This document shows, in pieces, positions 39,693 to 51,760 of a stretch of DNA of 64,000 nt. The first letter of the stretch is position 1, and each line of letters starts with the position of its first letter. Under the pieces are notes generated by a model. The model ran no database searches, was not told where the DNA came from, and was given only the letters and a program-made list of their open reading frames with translations. Origin of the DNA: Stegostoma tigrinum (Eukaryota); NCBI RefSeq assembly GCF_030684315.1, contig NC_081371.1:10113441-10177440 (forward strand), in the 5' to 3' direction. A program made the translations under genes and the position numbers.

Positions 39693-40133
39693 CCCACCAC
39701 CACCCCATCTTGGTGTCCCTCTCATTCTGTCCATCTTACTTCTTTTTTCCTTATCGATGAATCTATGGGATTTTGCATACCAAAAATTCAATCTTGGTGT
39801 ACTTTATTCTTAAAGAAAACAAATCTCGCCAAGGAAATGCAAGACCATTAACAGCAAAACTGCTCCACAAAAGGTACTGAAAATGCACTGCAATCACAAC
39901 TCTGTGCCAAGGCACTGATAGAGGTCTCCTAAACAGCAGTCTACTGCAAGCACTTTAACTGACACCACTAATCCAGCAGTTTACTGGGTGAACACCTAGG
40001 AGCAGCCAATCCTTACCGGTAGCTCAACAGGGCAAGGTCTGGCAACTCCCTAGCATCTTGCTTGTATGGCTAGAAACCACATTCTTACCTGCCACCTTTC
40101 TACGGCAGCCAGAAATAGTTTCTACCTGAGCGT

Positions 40134-40347
40134 GATGATGGGAACTGCAGATGCTGGAGAATCCCAGATAACAAAGCGTAGAGCTGGATGAACACAGCAG
40201 GCCAAGCAGCATCTCGGGAGCACAAAAGCTGACGTTTCGGGCCTAGACCCTTCATCTGATGAAGGGTCTAGGCTCGAAACGTCAGCTTTTGTGCTCCCGA
40301 GATGCTGCTTGGTCTGCTGTGTTCATCCAGCTCTGCACTTTGTTATC
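40134..40347. mobile_element. Young palindromic Neptune-PLE mini-element with overlapping hammerhead cores
   Basis: Near-perfect inverted arms centred on ttcatctgatgaa; 12-bp TSD CTACCTGAGCGT at 40122-40133 and 40348-40359. Confidence 0.92.
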
Positions 40348-43300
40348 CTACCTGAGCGTCCTAGCTTTGGGTGGTGACAGGAACCTGAGCTGGCCTGGCC
40401 CTCTTAAAACTATTTTCTTGCTATGGAAGAGATTTTGGTGTGGAATTATGAGCATCATGGGCCTAAATTTAAAAGTAGAATTCTAACGATATCAGGATTA
40501 ATGCCAGAGTCATGAACAAATTGGCACAAGACTCAGACTGGTGTGGGAGAAATGGACTCAAATTCATGTTGCATGTCAGGGGAAAGAGAGCGCTATTCTG
40601 TTGAGACATGCTTAATTTGAACCACACTGGGTCCAGTGCTCAGGTGAACTGGATAACTACGGTTGTAGATAAGAGTTGAAATTAATGTGTACAGGGGAGG
40701 GGGTGTTCAGCTGAAGGGAAGTTTAGACATTAAAAACACAACAGCAGCAATGCCGGGTAGTCAAGAGGTGAAAGATAATCAAACTGCGACAGGAAGGGGC
40801 AGAAAATAAGTGGAAGAATGGAGGAAAAATAATAAACAGAATAACTAATACTGTTAAAAGGTCAAAGAAAGTGTTGAACTTGTAACATTTGCCACCACAG
40901 AAAACAGTCAAAGCTAAAACATTGTATGGTTTCAACTTGGAATTTGGATATAGCATTTGGGACTAATTGGATCAAAGAACATAGCAGAAAAGCAGGAACA
41001 GGCTGAGTTGGATGATCAGCCACAATCATAATGAATGCAGAGCAGCCCCAAAGGGCTGAAAGATATACTCCTGCTCCTATTTTCTATGCTTCTCTGAAAA
41101 GCTAACATGCAGATATGGCAGATAATTAAGGTGGCGAACAGAATTTTGGCCTTAGGTTTTGGAATTTAATATTTGAGAGGTCTGACGACAATTATACAGG
41201 ATGTTGATGAGGTCACATGTTCAGATCTGGTCCTAGGTTTACTTAAGTTCATACTGGCGTAGGATGCCGCTCAAGAGAGATTCACTCACTTCATTCCTGG
41301 GAATAAAGGTTTCTTTTCTTCACTCATTCATAATATTTGGGTGTTACAGGCCGAGCCAGCATTTACTGCCATCCCAAGTTGCCCTTCAGAAGGTGACAGT
41401 TATCTGCCTTCTTGAATCACTGCAGTCCATTTACAGTAGGTGGACTCATAATGCCATTAGAGAGGCATTTATCAACAATAGCTGAACAGGTCAGGCCTTC
41501 ATTCATTAGAGTTTAGAAAAATGAGGGATGATCCATGTGATACATAAAAGACTTGAGGGGGTTGGATAGGTTGACATCAAGAAGATACTTCTATTAGAAG
41601 AAACTCAAAAAAAATTAGGGGACACTCATTTAAAACAAATATGCAAAAGAATGTCTTCTGAGATATTTGGGATTCTCTACCTGTTATGGAAGCCAGATCT
41701 CGGAAAATACATAAACAGACAGTAGGAAGATTTTTAAAATAGTGCCATTCAGAATACAAGGAGGTGGCTCAAAAGTGGAGTTGAAGCCTGGGAAAGGTGA
41801 TTTACAGAGTAGCAGAGCCAACTCGAGTGACCGGTTGGCTTACTCCTGCTCTTATTTCTTGTGTTCTTATCCAGTCAATTTACTTTCTAGAAGGAGAGAC
41901 AGTGGCATCTTGCCGTGAAGTCACACACCAAATCTATTTTGATTGATTAGAAAGTGATGAACAAGTATTGAAGCCATGTATAAAAGCAGAAGCCAAAATA
42001 GGTAGCAAAGTACATTACAAGAGAACGAGTAACATGTTGGGCTGGTGCTGATTGCTCTTCCAACACCATCTAGTAGTTATTTTTCCCCCAAATTTCAGGC
42101 CATTTGGCCTTTGTGGCGTATAGAACTCAGGAACTGATGATATCAAGGGATTTTATCCATGTTTTCCTTTAAAAAAATTAACACCATCTGCTATACAGTC
42201 CCATTTTGCTTTGAAATCCAGCTGCAAATACAGATTTATTCTGCTGAACTTTAAGGTAGATTAAATTTTATTTTCAATGTCTGACATACAAAAGATCAGG
42301 ATTTGGCTCAAGCATGAAATAATTATATTTAATCATGGATGATGATGCTTAGATGCCAAACATAATTGATTTAGGTACAGTAAAAAAATGACTTATAGAC
42401 TGACTGCAAAACAAAAATGCTATTAGCCAAACTTAAAATATTTTGTGATTATGCAGCTTAGACTGATTCCAAATACTCCAGCCTATTTAAGGGAAGGAAA
42501 TATTATGTGCACTACTGGCTCATATTCTGTAACTCTTGAGATCTGGGGTACTACCAAAGAAGAGCAAGCCAACTCTTGCAATTCCTGTAATTGACTGGAA
42601 GAAATTGGACTTTGGGAATTACAAGCGAGACAGTTTGATGTCAGTTGCAGATGATGTGATTTCTGACTACTTTAAGAGTTCAGCAGTTATTATGGAATAC
42701 ATATGTGGCTTTAGGAATGAAGGTCTTCTTTCGTAATTCTGAGAGAGTTCTTGCAAATTACTAAATCACTGGATGATAAAATAATTTCCAAAATGTCCTT
42801 AACAAAGTGCTGTACAAAAACTCACTAATCTCAAAATATTTTGGGAACAGTTCAGCAGTTACTAAACAGACAAATGGCTTCAATTTTGCAGGCAGATCAT
42901 CAGGAAGTGTACCTCTCTACAGGGCCAGGTTACAGGCAGTAAACCACTGCTACTTATTTTTATCAATGATTTAGATCAGACCAATGATGGAACTGCTCAT
43001 AATTTTGTCTGTGATACAATGATGTGTACACAGTTTGAGAATTTTGATCAAATTAATAGAATGCACATCAACTCATATATATATTAGGCAAGTAAAAAAT
43101 ACTGTTAATGTAATTCAGTGTTGTAAAATGCAATGTTTACGCATCTGCGTTTAGAAAATTCAAGCATGCCTAATGAAAGTTACAAGTCAAGATAGTAACT
43201 GGTGGTCACAGTTGATTTCACAATATTTTCTGTGCTGTTTCTCTTTCCTAGAAAGTACGAAATGAAAATTGCTTAAAAAATTTAATACATTATTTACAAA

Positions 43301-44186
43301 GAAGATCGAGTAACGTCCAACGTTATGGAAGACAAAGAATTGGCTCCAAAAAGATAATTCTGCATGCAGCAATCAACTATGCCACAATAAGAGCATAATT
43401 TGATGGACATGTGCACTGTGAATGAAAGGACTACGTGGAAGACTCCATTTAATAATGTGGAAATACAACCACTCCTAGCTGTTCTGCCATTCAGTAAACT
43501 CATAGCTTGTTGGTATGTGCCCACTCTATCTACGTGACTTGCCTCTGCATATCTTTAATATGCGTCAAACAAAAGTATGTTTCAGATTCAGAATCAAACT
43601 ACTGTCTACTGCTCTTGCTGGAAAAGAGGTCCACATTTCTTCTGCCCTTAGATGAAAAAGATGCATCTTAACTGGTGTAGAACTTTGAAAGGAACAAAGT
43701 TGGTGGAATGGACAGATGGCTACAAAAAAAATAGAACAGTACAGCACAAGGACAAGCCCTTTAGCCTAACAAGACTGCACCGACACGTGATGTCTTCCTA
43801 AACTAAAACCTTTTGCCCCTACACGGTCTTTATACCACTATACCCTGCCTGTTCATGTATCTGTCAAAATGCCTGTTAAATATTGAGATTGTATCTCCTT
43901 CTATAACATTCTTTGGTAGTGCATTCTAGGCACATACCACCCTCTGTACAAAAAACCTTTGCCTCCAACTCCTGTGGCAGAGAAACATGAAGTGGTCCAT
44001 TTTGGTAGGAAGCACATGCCACAAATAAATAAAAATATATTAAAAATTCTAAAGGGGAAGACCATTAGCAGAGAAACCAAGGTAATTGTATGCATAAATC
44101 ATTGCAAGTGGCAGATTTAAAGGATAGTTCATAAAGCATACAGTATCTCGGGCTTTACTGAAAAGGACATATGGCAAGGACGTTAC

Positions 44187-44898
44187 ACAGAACATAACAG
44201 CACAGTACAGGCCCTTCGGCCCTCGATGTTGTGCCAACCTGTCATACCAATCTCAAGCCCATCTAACCTACACTATTCCATGAACGGCCATATGCTTGTC
44301 CAATGACGACTTAAACGAGCTTAAAGTTGGCGAATTTACTACCGTTGCAAGCAAAGCGTTTCATACCCTGACTACTCTCTGAGTATAGAAACTACCTCTG
44401 ACATCTGTCCTATATCTTTCACCCCTCAATTTAAAGCTAAGCCCCCTCGTGCTCGCCGTTACCATCCTAGGAAAAAGGCTCTCCCTAACCACCCTATCTA
44501 ACCCTCTGATTATCTTATATGTCTCAATTAAGTCACCTCTCAACCTTCTTCTCTCTAACGAAAACAGCCTCAAGTCCCTCAGCCGTTCCTCGTAAGAACT
44601 TCCCTCCATACCAGGCAACATCCTAGTAAATCTCCTCTGCACACTTTCCAAAGCTTCCACATCCTTCTTGTAATGCGGTGACCAGGACTGTACGCAATAC
44701 TCCAAGTGCGGCCGCACCAGAGTTTTGTACAACTGCAGCATAACATCATGGTTCCGGAACTCGGTCCCTCTATTAATAAAAGCTAAAACACTGTATGCCT
44801 TCTTAACAACCCTGTCAACCTGGGTGGCAACTTTCAAGGATCTGTGTACATGGACACCAAGATCTCTCTGCTCATCTACACTACCAAGAATCTTACCA
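44187..44898 (-). mobile_element. CR1 LINE (HER1-like) 3' fragment, nested in an older + strand CR1
   Basis: ORF 44361-44837; highly similar to 168-880; older CR1 sequence continues on both sides (43975-44185, 44900-45380). Confidence 0.93.
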
Positions 44899-47309
44899 GT
44901 AGCAACTTACTTTGAACTGTATAAAACAACAATTTGGCTTCAACTGCAATATTGCTTGCAGTGCCTCACTGTAGGAAGGATGTAAAAAACATAAATAACA
45001 AAAAGTTTCAGAAAAGATTCACGAGAATGGTCACAGGGATGGGGAACTTCAGTTCTGAACCAAGAGGGAGACGTTCGGACTCTGTTCCTTAGAGAAGAGA
45101 CAGCTTAGAGAGGATTTAATTGAGGTATTCAAAATCACGAGATGTCTGGGCCGAGGAGACGGAGAATCTTGACCCACTCCTGAGAAGATCAACAGTAGGA
45201 TTGTATTGATTTAAATTCATTGGCAAAACAAGCAAAGATGACAAGTTCAATTGAAATATTGTTAACTAAAAGGGAAGAGTGTGCAGGTCACAGGGAAAAG
45301 GCAGAAGCACAGCACAAAGTAAAATGGTCACTTAGTCGGCTGAAGACACAAGGGGCTGATTAGCCTCATTTGAGCGTCAATGATTCTGCAATATCAAGAC
45401 CTGAATTCAATGACAAATAGTCAACAGCGGAGAAAATAGTGTGATGTTGAGATATGCTGCATCCATATTATGAATGGTCGACTTACAACCATATAAAACA
45501 TTGAACAAACTTCATCCGAAAAATAAATCCTAACAACCATCACACGCGTATTCCATTAGTGCAATTCTGTCTCCAATTTCCCAGCCACATCCACCAGTAC
45601 CTTGGCAAAGCAATATTATTGCAATTTTTTTTCTTAACTTTCATTAGCTGCTCATTCTAGACGGGTATTTCTCAGATTTTTACATCGGCTTTTTAAGTTT
45701 TAAGTCATTCATCTAATGGTATAGATATTAAATCATTTGAAATATCTTTGAGTCTGAGGATTTTGCTACTTAACGTGAATCGCTCTTCACTTCAGGCCTA
45801 CAAACAAGTGTTTGCTAACAAGGATCACTTTCAAAACAAACGAAAGAGAACGAGTTTGATATTTTTTTCCCAATTCTTTCCACGAGAACAGAAGCAAGTT
45901 ACTCAATCAAACCATCCAATTTTGCATTATTTAGGAGCATTTGTGATTACCTGTTAATAATCAAATCAACTCCAGCAATCACAAGCAACAGTACTTATAC
46001 AAAAAATGTCTTCAGTACAGAATGTCTGATGAAAAAGTAAGAAAAAGGGACAAAACTGCCTCAAAGACAAAAGCATAATACTAAAAAAATCCAACACAAA
46101 ATCAGACGCAGGAAATATTTCACAGGTCAGGCTATGGAGAGAAACGGACAATGTTTCAGATTGATATGAGCATCAGGGACAGGCATCTCCCTAGTGGGCC
46201 TGTATGGACTCAGACCCACATCAGTGCATCATTAACATCCAAAGACCAGTCACAAAATTGGGAGTACTGCCCTAAAGATTAATCAAGCAACTGTTTGACA
46301 TATTCATTTCTTACAAGCCATGTCTCAGATACCTGTATAACTATCCCTGGATATATCCTGCCCCACCAGGAGACTCTCAATGCTGTACAATAAGGAAAAG
46401 CAACTCTCGAGACTCTTCAATGTTGTTGCCAGACTCCATGAAGTCCCATGGTATCAGGTAATATACACTGGCAAGTAAACCTTTTGCTGATTTTTACTGT
46501 CCCACAGGTAAAACTTGGAATTTGATCTTGTTCATTTTATTGTCAAACAACAGCAAGTCAGTCTGTGGTTTGTCCCCTTACTCCGGGGATGCTCTAAATT
46601 GAAACTCTGCTTTTACCAACATTTGCGGTAATACTCTACCAACTATCACACATTCATAAATTCTACTTATTTATTCTGTGCCATTTGTTTGTATTACCAT
46701 ACTAAGGCCTTAGCTATCGTCTTAAATGAAATCTTCATTTTCATCCTCAAAAAAAAAAAGATCAAAACCAATCTAGGTAGCTTCTGGCTGTGAACATGGC
46801 ATGTGAACAAGGGAGAAACTTAAATTCTAGCATTCTATGTAATGCCTTATTGTCAGTTAAGAACATGTTTACTGTTAAAATGTTATAGAAACAACATCAA
46901 CACTACTCAAACACTAATGGTACTTCATCGCGAACAGTCATACCTGGTGACAGAAGTAGCACATCATTGTTTTACCGATTAACTTGAAGGGTTTTGTGGT
47001 ATAGTGATAGTATCCCTATTTCTGAGCCAGAAGGTCAGGATAATAACATCGCTGGTTCGAAAATACCTGTTGACCTACCTAGACTACTCAATCCTCTTTC
47101 AAGCTCTTTTGCTACCAGCAACCACCACACCAAATTGATGCACTCAATCTGTCAGACAAATCATTTGATTGGCTTTATTACTTTTAACGTGAGGTCCCAA
47201 CGTGGGCAGAGTATGTTCTTCTTTTCAGTGTTCTATTTCTACTGAGGAAAGCACTTAAAATGGTGCTTTATTCACTTTATCCACCAGTCACCAACAACGC
47301 CTGCCTCAA

Positions 47310-48450
47310 TTAAAATGCAAAGAAGAGCTATAGACAACTCGGCAAGGCTCTCGCGAAACGCAAACTTCCTCTATCTTTACCTGGATATTTTTCCACCTAA
47401 GTTAAAAACTCCCCTAGCGCAGTCAGGTCGCTCCCTTCACAATTTACGATGACTCAGTTCATAACACAGCAGGTCGGCCGCCATCTTGCAGCTGTCGATC
47501 CCTCCTCCTCCTTCTCCACGTCGCGCGAGATTTGAAGTTGCTTTGCGGAACGGGACAGCGGAAAACATCCCGTGCTCTCCGCTTCCCAAAGTGTAGAAAG
47601 ACTTTTACAGTTGAACTCTCCCATGGACACGCGGCTGGTGCGATCACCGGCTGATTCGCGCAGGGCGGCATTCCGCCGAGAGGGGGGGCGGAGAGAGTCC
47701 GAACATTTGTTTTCGTGTTTGACGTTTTCTGACATGAGGAGGGCGGGGGAAGGGAGGGTGGATTGAAACCGGTTCCTGGTGGTTCTCCGTCAAGGCAGTG
47801 ACTGAGAGATTGCATTCCTCCTCCCCCGCATCCCCGTGCTTTTCAAAGGTTAATGCCGAAAACAGTGATCTTAGGACGTGAGTAATTCCCGGCGGTGGGC
47901 AAGGGTGACGGTTGGTCTCCGACAACCGGGAAGGTGACATCTCGCGGGGTCTCGCGCGCGCCGGTTCCGCACAGGCGTCAGGGCCATTTGAAGCGACTCG
48001 AGCCAGGTTCGGCCGCTCGCGCGTTTCCAAACGGCCCCCCTCCAGGTAAAGCGAGCGTCTCCCTAGCAACAGGCCGCGCGCTCTGGTTTGTGTCCGCCGG
48101 CTCCAGCCGATGGGCCCCGCGGGATCGTATGGGGGATAGCCGCTCGGGGTTGGCTTCGGTGGGAAGGAGATGGTGCAGTAAGCAAGGCAGGACTGACTGT
48201 CTCTAACCGGCCGTGCATAGGTCTAGGCAGCTCGTGTGATTTTCCTCCCTCTCGTGCAGTTGGGCCCCACCGTTGTTCGTTACCGTTGTTGTTATTGGAA
48301 ACTGGCGGCGGTGGGATTTCACCCAGCGCCTTTATTTCCGCTGGATTCGGCCACTAGTGCGTTGCAGGGACAGTCCTGCTGCTATAATAATCAAAAATCA
48401 AATCAGAAAGTGCCGAATTTCTCCAGCACGTCCGGCAGCATCCGTGGAGA
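47310..48450. promoter_or_regulatory. CpG island / probable bidirectional promoter
   Basis: Only CpG-dense, GC-rich region in an AT-rich window; YY1 motif (47475-47488); TCTCGCGAGA-like motifs (47349, 47521, 47940); outward-facing splice donors on both strands. Confidence 0.85.
47381..47520 (-). other. ZCRB1: Probable non-coding exon 1 of ZCRB1 (5' end approximate)
   Basis: CAG/GTAAAG donor at 47381/47380 on the minus strand at the CpG-island edge; YY1 site CAAGATGGCGGC typical of TSS-proximal 5'UTRs. Confidence 0.6.
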
Positions 48451-49136
48451 GAGAGAGATAAACAGAGTGAACGTTTCGAGTCCCAATGTGGCTATTCTGT
48501 GTTGCTGCTGTCACTTTGCTATCGGTACCACTAACGAATGCACTTCGACACAGAGGTGATGCTGGAACCTGAGCATCAGCCTCTTGCTAACTGTCAGTTC
48601 ATCCCCCCCTCCTCCTTTGCCCTCCCTTCTTCCCTCCTCCTCCTTTGCCCCACTTGTTAACTGTCAGTCCATTCCCCGTCTTCCTTTGCCCTTCTTCCCA
48701 CCTCCTTCTTTGCTCCTTCTTCTCTGCCCCTCCTTTGTCCCCCTTCACTCCATTTCCCAGTTCATCAGGGCCCAGATGTGCAGGATCATTTGTACAGGAG
48801 GCAGCCATCTCGCATCACTTTGGATTTATGCATTACGCTTTGTCTTTATCGGTGAGAGCGTTTTGAGCGACTGTTGCCTTAGAACAGAACTCCAAAATCA
48901 GAACATTAAAATATTTTCATTTTTAAGGAACTGACCAGGATTTATGTACGTCCTTTGGATAGTTTAATTCAACAAATCTCGAAGATTGTCAGGGTCTCTG
49001 CTTCAAGTCATGACAGTACTTCGGTCTGGCAACTAGTCATGTGGGTAATTTTGTTATCTGGCGAGTTTTGAGAAGATTTGTAGCTCAGGTTGAGGTTCTG
49101 GATGTGAGTTTGCTCGCTGAGCTGGAAGGTTAGTTT

Positions 49137-49176
49137 TCAGACGTTTCGTCACCATTCTAGGCAACATCATCAGTGA
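49137..49176 (-). ncRNA. Minimal type I hammerhead ribozyme motif
   Basis: Minus strand: TCA CTGATGA T GTTGCC tagaat GGTGAC GAAA CGTC/TGA. Confidence 0.85.
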
Positions 49177-49917
49177 GCCTCTGACGAAGCGCTGGTGTTA
49201 TGTCCCGCTTTGTATTTATCTGTTTAGGTTTCCTTGGGTTGGTGGTCATTTCCTGCATTGGTTACGTCACTTACTCTTCTTTTTCTCAGATGGGCTCCAA
49301 ATCAATGTGTTTGTTGATGGAGTTCCGATTGGAATGCTATGCTTCTAGGAATTCTCGTGCGTGTCTCTGTTTGGCTTGTCCTAGGATGGATGTGTTGTCC
49401 CAATCAAGTGGTGTCCTTCCTCATCTGTATGTAAGGATACGAGTGACAGTGGGTCATGTCGTTTTGTGGCTAGTTGATGTTCATGTATCCTGGTGGCTAG
49501 CTTTCTGCCAGTTTGTCCAATGTAGTGTTTGTCACATGATCATCTATAAAATACCTTGCAAGAACTGTGACAAACACTACATTGGACAAACAGGCAGAAA
49601 GCTAGCCACCAGGATACATGAACATCAACTAGCCTCAAAATGACATGACCCACTATCACTCGTATCCTTACGTACAGATGAGGAAGGACACCACTTTGAT
49701 TGGGACAACACATCCATCCTGGGACAAGCCAAACAGAGACACGCACAAGAATTCCTCGAAGCATGGCATTCCAACCAGAACTCCATCAACAAACACATTG
49801 ATTTGGAGCCAATCTACCACCCGCTGAGAAAAAGAACAGGAAATGACATCACCAACCCAAGGAAACCTAAACAGATAAATAGAAAGCGGGACATAACACC
49901 AGCGCTTCGTCGGAGGC

Positions 49918-49957
49918 TCACTGATGATGTTACCTAGAATGGTGACGAAACGTCTGA
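49918..49957 (+). ncRNA. Minimal type I hammerhead ribozyme motif
   Basis: TCA CTGATGA T GTTACC tagaat GGTGAC GAAA CGTC/TGA: intact core, 6-bp stem II, 3-bp stem I; predicted cleavage after 49954. Confidence 0.88.
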
Positions 49958-51249
49958 AAACTCACCTTCCAGCTCAGTGAGCAAACTCACATCCAGAATT
50001 TTGTTATCTTTCAATTTATAGCATCGTAGAAATTCAGCAATACATATTTCAGCCTCTTGAGTCTGCAATGTCTTTCTGTTCGCTTTTGTTTGGCTTATAC
50101 CTCAGCTCCATTAAACTCCCATTGCTCCATATCCACCTTTGATCCATATCCCTTGTTTTCTTTTCAAACAAACATTTCAGTCGTGAAAATTTCAGTTGAT
50201 CTGGTGTTGTCATCCCGTTGGGGAGTAAGTTCCATAATTCTGTGATCCTCTGACTACATGAATAAATTAGCAATCTGCTCTAAACTTGTGTATTTGATTT
50301 TCTTCATGTAACATCCATGTGTTGTCAATCAGTTGACACAATAACCATACAGTTGCACAGATACCTAAGCCTGTAAAATGTGCTTTCATGGCTTATGCCT
50401 AAAAAGCTACGTAGGATTGCAAATTTGAAGTTGGTGCTGGGGAATAATTCTCTGAATTCTGACTGAACAGCAGTCTGTAAGGATGGCAGCTTCTGTAACT
50501 TTATAAGTATTTTTGACAAAAAATACAGTTTTGAGACTCGTTACCAGTTTTGCACTGATGAAGATTTCTGAATGCTGGTGAAAGTGATAATTCCTCTGGA
50601 GAGAGGAGCCAGAGCCAAGGCTGCAGGACTATGGCTGAATTGGCTGTACAAGGGCTTGGCACAATATTCACAAAGCCATAGCGATAGGCATTTTTATAGT
50701 TAGGGAAGAAGTTGGGTGTTTTTGTGGTTGTAGATGTGAATCCAGGATGGTATAGTATCTTCTTAGTGCCAAAGTCAAGATTGTTTTTGAGTGGCTGCAG
50801 AGCACTCTGCAGGGGGCAGGATAAATAGCCGAAGGTAACAAGTTATATCGGAGCTCAACAGTGACATGGCTAGAAAGAGGGATGAGGTCCTGCTGGCAAT
50901 TTTTAGTAAGGTAGGAAGGTATTAAGAAGGACCTCAAAGGAAATAACATCTATTTGGAGGGTTTAAATTAACTTGGTATGAGACCAGGAAGTTGGAGGTA
51001 ACGTTAGAAATGTTAATCATAGCACAGAGAATTGGGACAGGCATAATACAAAAATAATCATGTATTTAGTGTGGTCAAAATCAAAGGAAAAGGAATAAAG
51101 CTTGTGTTTACTGTATTTGTATGTGAATGAGTGGAGCATAATAAACTCGAATTTCTGTCACAGTTGATCATGTGGCACTATGATGTTGTGATAGCAAGAG
51201 ATTAATCTCAGAAGGACAGGACTGGGTACTAAATAGTTCTTGATACAAG

Positions 51250-51760
51250 GAGACAGTAAGAGACTTGGAAAATGGACAGCTTTGGAGTGGAGAGATTTTG
51301 AAGCTGGTGAAGTCAGTATTTAGGCCATTGGGCTCCCACGGTGAAATATCCCAATGGCCTGAATACTGACTTCACCAGCTTCAAAATCTCTCCACCCCAA
51401 ACCTGTCCATCTTCTGACTCACCTATCCGCTCTACCTTTCCCACTGACCAACCACAGTAACCACTTATAAAAACGAAGTTGCTGGAAAAGCCCAGCAGGT
51501 CTGGCAGCATCTGTGAAGGAAGAAACAGAGTTAACGTTTCGGGTACGGTGTTCCTTCCTGAGAACAGTACACAATAACCACTTAACTGCACTCATCTAGG
51601 CACATCCCACCTACCCCCCACCCCCCCCAGCCCACTCCCCTCCATTTGATTGTGGGCCCTACCAGTCCTTAAGAAGGGTTTCGGCTCGAACATTGACTTC
51701 CCTACTCCTCAGGTGATGTCAGACCTGCTGTTCTTTTCCAGCTTCACATTTATTGATTTC
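51250..51760. mobile_element. Neptune-like PLE 3' fragment with 5' inversion and a nested PLE arm
   Basis: Inverted repeat ~51274-51338 / 51349-51408; degenerate 15-bp TSD at 51235-51249 and 51761-51775; nested arm 51468-51573 with TSD TAACCACTTA. Confidence 0.75.

Larger units (their letters stand above)
49060..49996. mobile_element. Poseidon-like PLE fold-back element (GIY-YIG 3' part, inverted ~430-bp arms)
   Basis: IIYKIPCKNCDKHYIGQTGRKLATRIHEH GIY-YIG motif; arms 49097-49536 and 49565-49996; ~36-nt one-sided tail; 13-bp TSD AATTTTGTTATCT at 49047-49059 and 49997-50009. Confidence 0.95.

Noticed and set aside
47454-48934. Cluster of 60-140 aa ORFs on both strands
   Set aside because: Expected by-product of GC-rich CpG-island and polypyrimidine sequence; no recognisable protein.
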